The position numbers were made by a program, and so were the translations under genes. From Planctomycetota bacterium (lineage in GTDB: Bacteria > Planctomycetota > SZUA-567 > H5-PLA8), in NCBI GenBank assembly GCA_038227875.1, contig JBBRPR010000085.1, positions 1 to 32,528 on the forward strand: DNA of 32,528 bases. Reading direction: 5' to 3'. Below are positions 1-9,446 of this stretch, in pieces (position 1 is the first letter of the stretch; each line of letters starts with the position of its first letter). The notes beneath the pieces are model-generated. The model saw only the letters and a list, made by a program, of their open reading frames with translations, was not told the origin of the DNA and made no database searches.

Positions 1-2400
1 ACCTCTTCTTTGACCTGCGCCGGCACGCTCAACCTGAATGCCTACTTCGATACGGTTGTCGACATCAATAGCGGACAGACGCTGACGATCAACGGCACGC
101 TGAACCTGAACGACACCGGGTCGAATATCGCGCGGGTTCAAGGCAGTGGCACGCTCGCCATCGGCGCGGGGGGAGTTCTCAACAGCACTGCCTCGGGCCC
201 CTCGAACGTCATTTCCTGCTCCACGACCACAAACGCCGGAAACATCAATGCGCTCGCAGGCGAGACGGTCCTGACCGCCACGGTTACCTCCACGGGAACC
301 CTGACTGCGACTGCGGTGGGGACTCAATTCAACATTGGCGGAACTGCCACGCTCAATAACGCCGGCAACCTGGTGGGTCTCTTCCTGCTGTCGAATGCGC
401 TCAACTTCAATGGTGCGGGAACGCAGGTCGGCAACCTGACCCTTAAAACCATGAGCAATCCGGTCTCGATCGGAGGAACCGGCAACCCCGCGATCGCCGC
501 CAGCAGCACGGTGACGCTGATCTCGCAGAGCGGCAACAATACCGTCAATCTCACCTCTTCTTTGACCTGCGCCGGCACGCTCAACCTGAATGCCTACTTC
601 GATACGGTTGTCGACATCAATAGCGGACAGACGCTGACGATCAACGGCACGCTGAACCTGAACGACACAGGGACGAATATCGCGCGGGTTCAAGGCAATG
701 GCACGCTCGCCATCGGCGTGGGGGGAGTTCTCAACAGCACTTCCTCCGGTCCTACAAACGTCATTTCCTGCTCCACGACCACAAACGCTGGAAACATCAA
801 TGCGCTCGCGGGTGAAACGGATCTGACCGCAACTGTAAACTCGACCGGGGTTATCAGGGCAACGGCCGCGGGCGCTCAATTCAGCATCACGGGCACGCTC
901 AGCAGCTCCGGCGACCTTGCGGGAACATTTCTGCTCTATAATACGCTGAACTTCAACGGCAACTCAACGCAAACCAGCAACATCACCGTCAAGACCATGA
1001 ACCCTACGGTCACGATCGGCGGAACTGGCCCAATCGCGGCCAGCAGCACGGTGACGGTGGTGGCACAGAGTGGAAACAACACCGTTGCACTGGCGTCGTC
1101 GCTGACCTGTAACGGCACTCTGAATTTAAATGCATATTTCGACTGCATCCTTGACGTTAACACCGGGAATGCCTTTACGGTCAATGGTGTGTTGAACCTG
1201 AATGGAAGCGTTAACAACATCGCGCAGGTTCAAGGTGCAGGGATGCTCACCGTCGGGGCATTGGGCGTCCTGAACAGCAGTTCCGCCAACAACCCGAATA
1301 TTATTTCATGCACCACAACCACCAGCGCAGGCCACATGAATGCACTCGCCGGTGCGACAAACTTGACCGCAACGGTGACGTCCACGGGCACCCTGACGGC
1401 CACTGCCGGAGGCACACAATTCAATATTGGCGGAAGCGCCACGCTCAACAGTGGCGGCAACCTCGCGGGAACCTTTCAGCTGGCCAATGCGCTCAACTTC
1501 AACGGCAATGGAACGCAGCTCAGCAATTTGAACATAACGACGGTAAACAGCTCCACCACGATTGGAGGAACCGGCAGCCCCGCGATCGCGCCCGGCTGCA
1601 CGGTTACGATTCTGGCACAAAGTGGAAACAACACCGTCAGTCTGAACTCTTCACTGACGTGCGCAGGCACTCTCAATCTGAATGCCTATTACAATTGCAT
1701 TCTCGACATCAATGCCGGCAAAACGTTGACGATCAGCGGTGCGTTGAATCTGAACGGGTCGGCAAACAATATCGCGCAAGTTCAGGGTTCGGGTGCGCTG
1801 ACCATCGGAGCATCCGGGACGCTTAGCAGCAGCGCCGCCAACTTCCCAAATGTGATTTCGTGCGCTACCACCACCAATGGCGGCAGCATCAATGCGCTGA
1901 CCGGAGAAACCGACCTGACTGCTACCGTGAACTCAACCGGAGTCCTGGCCGCAACAGCCGCTGGAACCCAATTCAGCATCTCCGGCGTGCTCAACAGCGG
2001 CGGCAATCTTGCCGGCGCTTTCCTGCTCTTCAGCACGCTCAATTTTACCGGAAACGGCACGCAGACCGGAAATGTCACGATCAAGACCATGAGTGGTTCT
2101 GTGACCCTCGGCGGACCTGGACCCACCGCGGCAGGCAGCGCCGTGACCTTCATCGCGCAAAGCGGTAACAACACGATTAATTTGAATTCATCGCTCGTGT
2201 GCAACGGCACACTAAACCTGAATGCATACTTCGATTGCATCCTGGACATCAACGCCGGCAACACGTTGACCGTTAACGGTGCGTTAAATCTGAACGGGTC
2301 GGCAAACAATATCGCGCGGGTTCAAGGCGCCGGCGCGCTCACGATCGGAGCAACCGGGACGCTCAACAGCAACGCCGCCAATATTCCCAACACCATCACC
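1..2400 (+). repeat. Intragenic tandem repeat array with alternating 552/540-nt (184/180-aa) units
   Basis: The anchor codons NAY(F/Y) start at 37, 589, 1129, 1681 and 2221 (spacings 552, 540, 552, 540). Bases 1-116 are identical to 553-668, and 1747-1777 are identical to 2287-2317. Confidence 0.95.
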
Positions 2401-4341
2401 GCCGCCTTGTCTCAGACCGGAACGCTGATCTCCACCGTCGGCACGCTGAACCTGGCCAATTCTCCGTACATCCAAAGCAGCGGCACGACCCGGCTGGCCG
2501 GCGGCACAATCTCAGTCAACGGTGGAGCGGGCGCCGCGAACATCAACGGCGGCGTGCTTGAGGGAACCGGGACGCTTTCCGCCAACCTCACTCTGGCCGG
2601 AATTCTCCGGCCGGGGCTGCCGGTCGGAACGCTGACCATCAACGGAACGTATACGCAAGGGGCGGCGGGCACGCTGGAATTGGATGTCGCCTCGGTGGCC
2701 AGCTTCGACAAACTATCAGTCTCAGGCGCCGCCACGCTCAGTGGGACTCTGCACGTGCTGCTGCAGAACGGCTTCGTGCCCACGGCCAACCAGATGTTCA
2801 GTCCGGTGATGAGTTTTGCGTCACGCACCGGCGATTTTGCGACGCTGAACACCACGAACCCGGGCGCCTATTTTCTTCACGCATTCAATGCGACGAGCAT
2901 GTCGCTGCAAGGCAAGCTGAATCCTCAGACCCCGGGCACAACCGCCACAACAACCCAGCCAAACGCCGTCAGTGGTATCCTGCCTGGAAGCGACGCCAAC
3001 GGCGATCCGCTCATCTTCACCGCAGGCAACCCCGCCAACGGCTCGGTGGTCGTGTCGAACCCAGCGACGGGCGCCTTTACGTATACGCCCGCGCCCTCGT
3101 TTTTCGGGACCGACTCATTTACGTATCAAGCCTCGGACGGCGTCGTATCGTCGACGGCAGGCACCGTCACCATCACCGTCATTCCAAAGAACCTGCCGAA
3201 AGTGTTGACTGTGGCCGTTGATCAAAACCCGACGCGCGTGGGCTTTGTCGTTACCTTCACTGCGACGGCCAGCGATCCCAACGGGCTGCCGTTGACGCTA
3301 AGCTGGGATTTCGGCGATGCGAGCCCGATCGTGACAGGCTCCAGTGTCATGCACTCGTTTGCCTCGGAGGCGGCCTTTACGACGGTCGTCACGGCCTCAG
3401 ACGGACTGGTCAGCAGCAGCGCCAGTCTCCCTGTTCAAGTGTACGCGCCCAATTCCGGGGCCGACGGAGTGCCAAATATCTCCGACGGGGATGCGCCCAT
3501 CAAGAATCCGCTCAATAACCTGACCGTGGGCATTGCCAGCAGCGATGGCGGCGTGATTGAACTGAACATCAATACCGACGCGCTGACACGGGACCTGTTC
3601 TCGATTTCCACCGACTTCGATGGTATCGGCGGCCGCAGTTCCTCCGCCGACGGCCCGCGCCCGATCGCCAAATTCGTCGCGCCGGGGCTTTACGTCGCCA
3701 CAGCCAGTGCATCCGATCCGGTCCTCGGAACACTCGTCGGCAAAGGCCGGAAGACTCTGGTGATCTCCCAGGCCGAAACCGGCCGGCCGCCGCTTTTCGC
3801 TTCTGCGCCCAAAATCCATGCCATCACCAACTTCAATCTCAAGGGCAACTTCACGTTTGCTGCGCCCTCCGCCGCCGCGCTCGGCAAGTCCGACAGTGTC
3901 ACTTTGCTCGGCACGATCGAATTGGCCGCCGGCATCGACTTGACTAAAGCCCAGGATTTTTCAATCGGCATCGGCAACATCATCGACGCCGTCACCATTG
4001 ACGCCAAAGGCAAGGCCAAGCTCCCCAGTTCCAAAAACCTGATCAAAAAAGTTCAGATCCGCCTGCCACGGCTGGCCAAGGGTGCCAAGCTCAGCACTGC
4101 CGGCCAGAAGGCCACCTTTTCCGTGACCATAGCGGGAACCGGACTTTCCGCTGCCGGCTTCGACACAGAAGGCATCGCCGGCACGCGCCTGCCCAGCGAA
4201 TCGGCGCTCAAGGTGTTGCCCCGTTCGATTCAGCTGGCCGGCCTCTTCGCTGGAGCCCCTTACGAAACGCTCGCGCCCGTACAATTCAAACTGGACAAGA
4301 CCGCCGAATCCGGCGTTATCGGCGGCCGCTCCGCGCGCTAA
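1..4341 (+). CDS. Large repetitive surface/secreted protein, 5'-truncated by the window: about 4.4 tandem ~180-aa G/T/N-rich beta-strand repeats, autotransporter-passenger-like cap, cadherin/Big_9-like Ig domain, PKD domain, unknown C-terminal domain
   Basis: Frame is open from base 1 (TSSLTCAG...), so the TTG at 10 is probably not the true start. Repeats span 1-~2400. 'GTLTINGTYTQGAAGTLELDV..FDKLSVSGAATLSGTL' is passenger-like. 'DANGDPLIF..NGSVVV..GAFTYTPAPSFFGTDSFTYQASDG' (~2920-3180) is Ig/cadherin-like. 'ASDPNGLPLTLSWDFGD..HSF..VTASDG' (~3190-3445) is PKD. Stop TAA at 4339-4341. Confidence 0.85.
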   Translation, partial: TSSLTCAGTLNLNAYFDTVVDINSGQTLTINGTLNLNDTGSNIARVQGSGTLAIGAGGVLNSTASGPSNVISCSTTTNAGNINALAGETVLTATVTSTGTLTATAVGTQFNIGGTATLNNAGNLVGLFLLSNALNFNGAGTQVGNLTLKTMSNPVSIGGTGNPAIAASSTVTLISQSGNNTVNLTSSLTCAGTLNLNAYFDTVVDINSGQTLTINGTLNLNDTGTNIARVQGNGTLAIGVGGVLNSTSSGPTNVISCSTTTNAGNINALAGETDLTATVNSTGVIRATAAGAQFSITGTLSSSGDLAGTFLLYNTLNFNGNSTQTSNITVKTMNPTVTIGGTGPIAASSTVTVVAQSGNNTVALASSLTCNGTLNLNAYFDCILDVNTGNAFTVNGVLNLNGSVNNIAQVQGAGMLTVGALGVLNSSSANNPNIISCTTTTSAGHMNALAGATNLTATVTSTGTLTATAGGTQFNIGGSATLNSGGNLAGTFQLANALNFNGNGTQLSNLNITTVNSSTTIGGTGSPAIAPGCTVTILAQSGNNTVSLNSSLTCAGTLNLNAYYNCILDINAGKTLTISGALNLNGSANNIAQVQGSGALTIGASGTLSSSAANFPNVISCATTTNGGSINALTGETDLTATVNSTGVLAATAAGTQFSISGVLNSGGNLAGAFLLFSTLNFTGNGTQTGNVTIKTMSGSVTLGGPGPTAAGSAVTFIAQSGNNTINLNSSLVCNGTLNLNAYFDCILDINAGNTLTVNGALNLNGSANNIARVQGAGALTIGATGTLNSNAANIPNTITAALSQTGTLISTVGTLNLANSPYIQSSGTTRLAGGTISVNGGAGAANINGGVLEGTGTLSANLTLAGILRPGLPVGTLTINGTYTQGAAGTLELDVASVASFDKLSVSGAATLSGTLHVLLQNGFVPTANQMFSPVMSFASRTGDFATLNTTNPGAYFLHAFNATSMSLQGKLNPQTPGTTATTTQPNAVSGILPGSDANGDPLIFTAGNPANGSVVVSNPATGAFTYTPAPSFFGTDSFTYQASDGVVSSTAGTVTITVIPKNLPKVLTVAVDQNPTRVGFVVTFTATASDPNGLPLTLSWDFGDASPIVTGSSVMHSFASEAAFTTVVTASDGLVSSSASLPVQVYAPNSGADGVPNISDGDAPIKNPLNNLTVGIASSDGGVIELNINTDALTRDLFSISTDFDGIGGRSSSADGPRPIAKFVAPGLYVATASASDPVLGTLVGKGRKTLVISQAETGRPPLFASAPKIHAITNFNLKGNFTFAAPSAAALGKSDSVTLLGTIELAAGIDLTKAQDFSIGIGNIIDAVTIDAKGKAKLPSSKNLIKKVQIRLPRLAKGAKLSTAGQKATFSVTIAGTGLSAAGFDTEGIAGTRLPSESALKVLPRSIQLAGLFAGAPYETLAPVQFKLDKTAESGVIGGRSAR

Positions 4342-4447
4342 ACAATTAAGCAATCGGTGCGAAAAGTAACGTGAGTGGGAGGGTCGAAACTCCATTGGAC
4401 TATCCCTAAATACCGTTAACGTTTTCCAGATCCCCCTAAAGTGGAGA

Positions 4448-6361
4448 ATGACCTTGCCGAATCCCCGCACCGTCCACGTCGATCCCACCGCCGCAGGTCC
4501 GGAAATCAGTCCGTTTTTGTTTGGCCATAACCTCGAGCACACGCGCCGCGCGATGTGGCAAGGGCTTAGTGCCCAATTGCTGGCCAACCGAAAATTCGCG
4601 GGCGAGGTCTTCTCGCGCGGGACCGAAGGCTCGCCGGCTCCGGGCAGGGGACCGGTAAGTCCGGACGGCGTCGTCGCTGGCTGGTTTGGCGTCGGCGGTC
4701 CGGCCGTCCGTTTCGCTCACGATACGTCCACCGGCTACGCCGGGAACGAATCTCAGAAGGTCACGCTCGATCCGGGTGTGACGGGCGGAATCGCTCAGCG
4801 GAGCATTGCATTAAGAAAGAATGCGCCGTACGACTTCAAGGTCTTTGCCAAAGCCGATCGGGCATGCAACGCGTCATTGCGCATCACCGATGCGGCCGGC
4901 CACACGGTTTATGCGCAGCAGAAATTCGATATTTCAGCCGGAGACTGGTGCGAATGGCGCCATACTTTCTCCATTTCCGTCACGGACGAGAATTGCCAGT
5001 TGGAAATCATCCTTGAGGGCCCGGCGACCGCCTGGATCGGCGTGACGTCTCTGCTTCCGAGCGATCATTTTCTCGGACTGCGCCGCGACGTCGTGGAGTT
5101 ACTCCGCGAAATGTCTGTCCCGATGCTGCGCTGGCCGGGCGGCAATTTCACGCTCGATTACCGCTGGCAGGATGGCCTGCTGCCGGTCGATCAGAGGCCC
5201 ACGATCAAGGCATCCATGTCCGAGGTACTCCCGCATTCCAATAGCTGCGATTTTCACGAGATCGGCATCGATGAATTCATCGCGCTCTGCCGCCACTTGA
5301 ATGCCGAACCGTTCCTGACGGCGAATGTCCGCCCGCAGGACATCGGGACCGTTGAGGACGCGGCGGCGTGGGTGGAATACTGCAACGGTACACCCGAAAC
5401 AAAATGGGGCAGTGTCCGCTCTCAGCGTGGCCATCCTGATCCCTACCGCGTGAAGTACTGGTCGATCGGTAATGAACTCTGGGGTGGCCACATGCTGCAG
5501 TCGCATTCCGACGCCCACGTTTACGCCCAGCGTGTCGCCGACTACGCGCCGGCCATGCGCAAAGTCGATCCGTCGATCCTGCTGACAGCCGTCGGCATTC
5601 CCGCTCCGGTCTGGGACGCTATTGTGGTGAAAGAGGCCGGGCAGTATTTCGATTTCCTCTCCGGCCACGAATACGTCAAGCCCGAAGGCTACGAACTCGC
5701 GGACTATGCCCGCCTGACCGACGCGGCGTCGATCCGGGTCTTGGAGAAGATAAAGGAATGGCGCAAACTGATCGACAAAAACGCGCCCGCCGGCAAGCAC
5801 ATTGGCATGGCCTTCGACGAATTCAACATCTGGCACCTTTGGTTTGCCGCGCCCTTCGAGCATGAATGGAAGGTCGGTCCGGTCGACGGAGGATTTATGG
5901 CCGCGCTGCTTAATCTGTTCTGCCGCGAATTCCAGAGCCTCGGGCTTTCGCTTGCGGCGCTCTTCCAACCGGTCAATGAGGGCGCGATTTTTGTTGGGCC
6001 GCTGACCTCGTTTCTTACGCCTATGGGACAGGTCTACAAGCTCTTCCGCGCCCATCACGGCCAGTGCTTGGTGCCAATCGAGAACGCGGACGGTCTGGAT
6101 CTCTGCGCCTCGCGAAGTCCTTCCGGCGATCGCGTGAACGTGACGGCCGTTAGTCACAATTCTGGAAACGGAACCGATCAAGTCGTCACGCTTCAGCTCC
6201 CGTCGGGCGTGCGTAATGCGAAAGTGGTTATGCTGAGCGCCAAGACGACCACGCCGAACTCCGTCTTTCAGGAGCACACAGAAGGTCTCACGGTTTCGGA
6301 AGGAAAGATCGCGTTCAAAATTCCCGCGCTCGGCATGGCGCTGGTAACGATTGAGCTGTAA
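4448..6361 (+). CDS. Alpha-L-arabinofuranosidase-like glycoside hydrolase, family GH51, with an N-terminal CBM4/9-like insert
   Basis: GH51 motifs: 'ISPFLFGHNLEH', 'LRWPGGNF', 'YWSIGNELWG' (acid/base Glu) and 'AFDEFNIW' (nucleophile Glu). GGAG RBS precedes ATG 4448. No signal peptide is apparent. Confidence 0.88.
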   Translation: MTLPNPRTVHVDPTAAGPEISPFLFGHNLEHTRRAMWQGLSAQLLANRKFAGEVFSRGTEGSPAPGRGPVSPDGVVAGWFGVGGPAVRFAHDTSTGYAGNESQKVTLDPGVTGGIAQRSIALRKNAPYDFKVFAKADRACNASLRITDAAGHTVYAQQKFDISAGDWCEWRHTFSISVTDENCQLEIILEGPATAWIGVTSLLPSDHFLGLRRDVVELLREMSVPMLRWPGGNFTLDYRWQDGLLPVDQRPTIKASMSEVLPHSNSCDFHEIGIDEFIALCRHLNAEPFLTANVRPQDIGTVEDAAAWVEYCNGTPETKWGSVRSQRGHPDPYRVKYWSIGNELWGGHMLQSHSDAHVYAQRVADYAPAMRKVDPSILLTAVGIPAPVWDAIVVKEAGQYFDFLSGHEYVKPEGYELADYARLTDAASIRVLEKIKEWRKLIDKNAPAGKHIGMAFDEFNIWHLWFAAPFEHEWKVGPVDGGFMAALLNLFCREFQSLGLSLAALFQPVNEGAIFVGPLTSFLTPMGQVYKLFRAHHGQCLVPIENADGLDLCASRSPSGDRVNVTAVSHNSGNGTDQVVTLQLPSGVRNAKVVMLSAKTTTPNSVFQEHTEGLTVSEGKIAFKIPALGMALVTIEL

Positions 6362-6761
6362 GCAGCGTGGAATTATTTGTCAAGGACTGCAGAAGTAGAC
6401 TAATTTCAACCGTGAACGCCAACGGGAATCAAACGTGTGCAGACACTTCAGAAGTTCAAGGAACACTCCAGATTCATGGGAGTGAGTAGGAAGCTGGCTC
6501 CGAACAACGGAAAACCTACCAAGCGGAACTCTATTCCGATGAGCGAGAAAGATCTTAAGAGTTTCCAATCGAGCAGTAAGGAGCGGACCTCGACCTGCGT
6601 CTGCAGGCACTGTAAATTCAAGGCCATGGCCAACCTTTCTCCAATCTGCAACCCTATTTTCAGCCCTACAAAACTGAGCGGTCAAACTTCCGTGCAACGG
6701 CTTTCTGCAACGAGACTTGCGAAGATAAATGCTTGGCATGCTTCTTGCTATTCAGGCATTC

Positions 6762-7118
6762 ATGAGAATCCTGATCGCCGAGGACGAGCGTGACCAGAGA
6801 GAAGCGCTGACTGACTTTCTCGTCAGCATGGGCAACTGCGTCGTCGCCGTTGAGGACGGGGAAGCGGCGGCAAGGGAACTGGAAAGCGGGAACTATGACC
6901 TTGCGATTATGGACGTCCGTCTGCGTGGCAGGGACGGGTTGTCCGTCCTCAAGGAACTCCGGCGTAGAAATTCGAATACGCCCGTCATCTTGATGTCTAC
7001 CTTCATAACGGAGGCCGACTTCAGAAAACACTCGGAGAACGGCGCGAACGCCAGCCTGTCGAAACCTTACTGCATAGATGAGCTGTTTGCCACGATGACC
7101 AAAGCCGTCCGGGCATAG
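6762..7118 (+). CDS. Single-domain response regulator (CheY-like receiver)
   Basis: 'MRILIAEDE', phosphoacceptor Asp in 'AIMDVRL', 'PVILMST' and 'LSKPY'. ATG 6762 chosen as start because it is the domain boundary. Confidence 0.88.
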   Translation: MRILIAEDERDQREALTDFLVSMGNCVVAVEDGEAAARELESGNYDLAIMDVRLRGRDGLSVLKELRRRNSNTPVILMSTFITEADFRKHSENGANASLSKPYCIDELFATMTKAVRA

Positions 7119-7370
7119 AACGTTTCAGGCCTTTCTTCTTTCGCTATACTTCTCGAAGATCTACGCTCGTCAACTGCCTCGTGCTTACGGTATTAACGCC
7201 AAACGGTTAGCTTCTTAAATCCTTCGAAAGCGCTCGGCGCGAAGACAGCTGCACGGGCCGATTATACGACTATGCCTTCAAGAAACTCCAGCCGCGCCGT
7301 CGCAATGAAGCGCGCGCGGAAGCGAGGTGAGGCAAGGCCTTTTCTGACGGAATAGCGCCGGCCTTGAATA

Positions 7371-7387
7371 GCGCGCATTCTGCGCGC
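7371..7387. terminator. Possible hairpin between the convergent receiver gene and wecB
   Basis: GCGCGCA-TTC-TGCGCGC gives a perfect 7-bp stem with a 3-nt loop. There is no clear U-tract. Confidence 0.25.
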
Positions 7388-7498
7388 AACTCGAGGTTGA
7401 TTAAACAAAGCGATTTTGGAATGGAGCGGTCGTTTGCCGCACTGTTACGAAACAGGCATCAATAAGTTCTACCGGACTTGGATCCGTCTAATTCCGTT

Positions 7499-8659
7499 TC
7501 AGTTCTTCCGCTTCCGTAAAAATTCCACGCACACTTTCTCGATCCGTTCGACCGCACGGCCGTCGCCGTACGGATTGATCGCCCGCGCCATGCGTTCATA
7601 GGCGGCACGGTCGTTCAGCAGCGTGCGCGTTTCGGCGATGATTTTTGCCGCGTCGGCGCCCACCAGTTTCACCGTGCCGGCCGCGACCGCTTCGGGGCGC
7701 TCGGTCGTGTCGCGCATCACCAGCACCGGCTTGCCGAGGCTCGGCGCCTCCTCCTGCACACCGCCGGAATCTGTCAGGATCAACGTTGCGCGATTCATCA
7801 GCGCTACGAACGGCAGGTAGGGCAACGGCTCGATCAAGTGAATGTTCTGTGCGCCAACGCCGGCCGCAGGACGCAGGATACGCGCCACCGGTTCGCGCAC
7901 GCTCGGGTTGAGATGCACGGGATAGACGAAGTGAACCTGCGGGAACTCGGCGGCGAGCGTCGCGATGGCCTGGCAGATCGATTCGAAACCCGGGCCAAAA
8001 TTCTCGCGGCGGTGCCCGGTGATCAAGACCACCGGCGCACTGCCCCAGGAGGCCAATGTGCCGGCGGAGATTCCCGGAATCTCCGGTGGCGTCGCTCGAA
8101 CCTTTTCCAGCGCGATGAACAGCGCGTCGATCACCGTGTTGCCGGTGACGAAAATCGATTCCGGCGCGACATGCTCGTGAAGTAGATTCTGTCGGCTGGT
8201 CTCCGTCGGCGCAAAATGAATCGAGACCAGGCGCGAGGACAGCACGCGGTTGGCCTCTTCCGGCCACGGCGACTGCAGGTTGCCGGTGCGCAATCCCGCT
8301 TCGACGTGCCCGATGGGTATGCGGTGATAAAACGCGGTCAGCGCCGCGCAGAAAACTGTCGTCGTGTCGCCCTGCACAAGCACCAGGTCCGGCTTCTGCG
8401 CGCCAAAATACGCATCAAGCGCCTCCACTGCGCGCGAGGTCAGTCCGCCGAGCGTCTGGTTGGGCCGCATCAGGTTCAGGTCGGTCTCGGGAACGATGCC
8501 GAAGACCTCCAGCACCTGATCGAGCATCTCCCGATGCTGCGCGGTGACGCAGACACGGCAGTCGACTTCCGGATTCTTCTTCAGCGCCAGGACAATCGGC
8601 GCCATCTTGATCGCTTCCGGCCGCGTCCCGAAAACGACTGCGATTCGAAATTTCGCCAT
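7499..8659 (-). CDS. wecB: UDP-N-acetylglucosamine 2-epimerase (non-hydrolysing)
   Basis: '[12 protein letters not shown]', 'VTAQHREML', 'VQGDTTT', 'GHVEAGLR', 'TGHRRENFG', '[16 protein letters not shown]', 'TTERPEA' and 'NPYGDG'. ATG 8659 preferred over GTG 8680. Confidence 0.96.
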   Translation of the reverse strand: MAKFRIAVVFGTRPEAIKMAPIVLALKKNPEVDCRVCVTAQHREMLDQVLEVFGIVPETDLNLMRPNQTLGGLTSRAVEALDAYFGAQKPDLVLVQGDTTTVFCAALTAFYHRIPIGHVEAGLRTGNLQSPWPEEANRVLSSRLVSIHFAPTETSRQNLLHEHVAPESIFVTGNTVIDALFIALEKVRATPPEIPGISAGTLASWGSAPVVLITGHRRENFGPGFESICQAIATLAAEFPQVHFVYPVHLNPSVREPVARILRPAAGVGAQNIHLIEPLPYLPFVALMNRATLILTDSGGVQEEAPSLGKPVLVMRDTTERPEAVAAGTVKLVGADAAKIIAETRTLLNDRAAYERMARAINPYGDGRAVERIEKVCVEFLRKRKN

Positions 8660-8759
8660 GTCATCTGGTTTCCATGCCACGAACGGACGACCGAGAGCAT
8701 CTTAAACCAGACCGCCGCTCAGACATCGACTATTTCGGTCAGGCTGAACAATGGCGAGA

Positions 8760-9179
8760 TTACCCCGGGCGGGAACTCAGCATCTGCTGAACGTTGCGGA
8801 TAATTGCCTTCAACGGTTTGCGCGCCACGTGTTCGATTGCGTCGTCTACTCGGAACCATTTTCGCTCCCGAAAACCAGCTTCCTCATAATGGGCATGTTC
8901 TGTCCGTACCCGCAGCGCAAAGACCAGGACGCTGCAGGACCCGTGGTATTTTGAATACGTGAATTCGCCCACGACCGGCTCGAGCAGGTCGCCGGAAATT
9001 CCAGCTTCCTCCATGCATTCGATTTCGGCCGTCTCGCGGGCCGAGTTTCCCGGATCAATCAAGCCTTTCGGCACGCCCCACTGATCTTTTTCTTCGATCC
9101 ACCGAATCAACAGAATCTCCAGCGTGTCGTGCGACGTGCGAAAAGGAATTGCCGCTGCCTGGAGGATGATGCTCGCCAT
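8760..9179 (-). CDS. Nudix hydrolase (DIPP/Aps1-like bacterial subfamily)
   Basis: 'QAAAIPF..LEILLI..WGVPKG' plus a Nudix-box variant 'GLIDPGNSARETAEIECMEEAGI', and C-terminal 'E..FRERKWF'. Confidence 0.85.
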   Translation of the reverse strand: MASIILQAAAIPFRTSHDTLEILLIRWIEEKDQWGVPKGLIDPGNSARETAEIECMEEAGISGDLLEPVVGEFTYSKYHGSCSVLVFALRVRTEHAHYEEAGFRERKWFRVDDAIEHVARKPLKAIIRNVQQMLSSRPG

Positions 9180-9332
9180 GGTTCGTCTCCGCGCTTGCAG
9201 GGACCATAACTATAGCAGCATAGTGTATCGCTTACAATAAGAAGTATTGGACGTGCTGGTTTTCGTGAGTGGACGCGTCTTCCCTCATATAAATTCTTCA
9301 CGCACAATGCCTTGAAGATTTTTGAAACTTTA

Positions 9333-9360
9333 TGCATCCTGTCGTTCGGCGGCTGCATCT
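9333..9360 (+). promoter_or_regulatory. Putative ECF-type (autoregulatory) promoter upstream of the ECF gene
   Basis: TGCATC occurs at 9333 and 9354, 21 bp apart, matching -35/-10 geometry. It lies about 90 bp upstream of the ECF start. Function is inferred. Confidence 0.3.
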
Positions 9361-9446
9361 CTTTAGTGAACGTGATGGATTAACCACACAGAGAGCGAGC
9401 GCCGAAATCCATGCATGCCCATGCCAGAATTCTGGAGATACCGCGA

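Noticed and set aside
1..2400. Possible CRISPR, DGR template/variable repeat, or ice-binding TxT array
   Set aside because: The repeats are in-frame protein units with no spacers. No reverse transcriptase is present and differences are not clearly adenine-specific. TxT periodicity is not regular.
5099..6277. 392-aa antisense ORF, and similar long ones at 18089-19411, 24605-25651 and 15195-16334
   Set aside because: These are shadow ORFs opposite well-supported genes in GC-rich DNA and carry no recognisable motifs.
6362..6761. Short ORFs (6380-6739, 6437-6793, 6448-6651) in the GH51-receiver gap
   Set aside because: No motifs or convincing RBS and atypical composition; treated as intergenic.
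8990..9070. Nudix box with non-canonical residues (E->N, R->I)
   Set aside because: The catalytic E..EE glutamates are retained, and such variation is ordinary in this subfamily.
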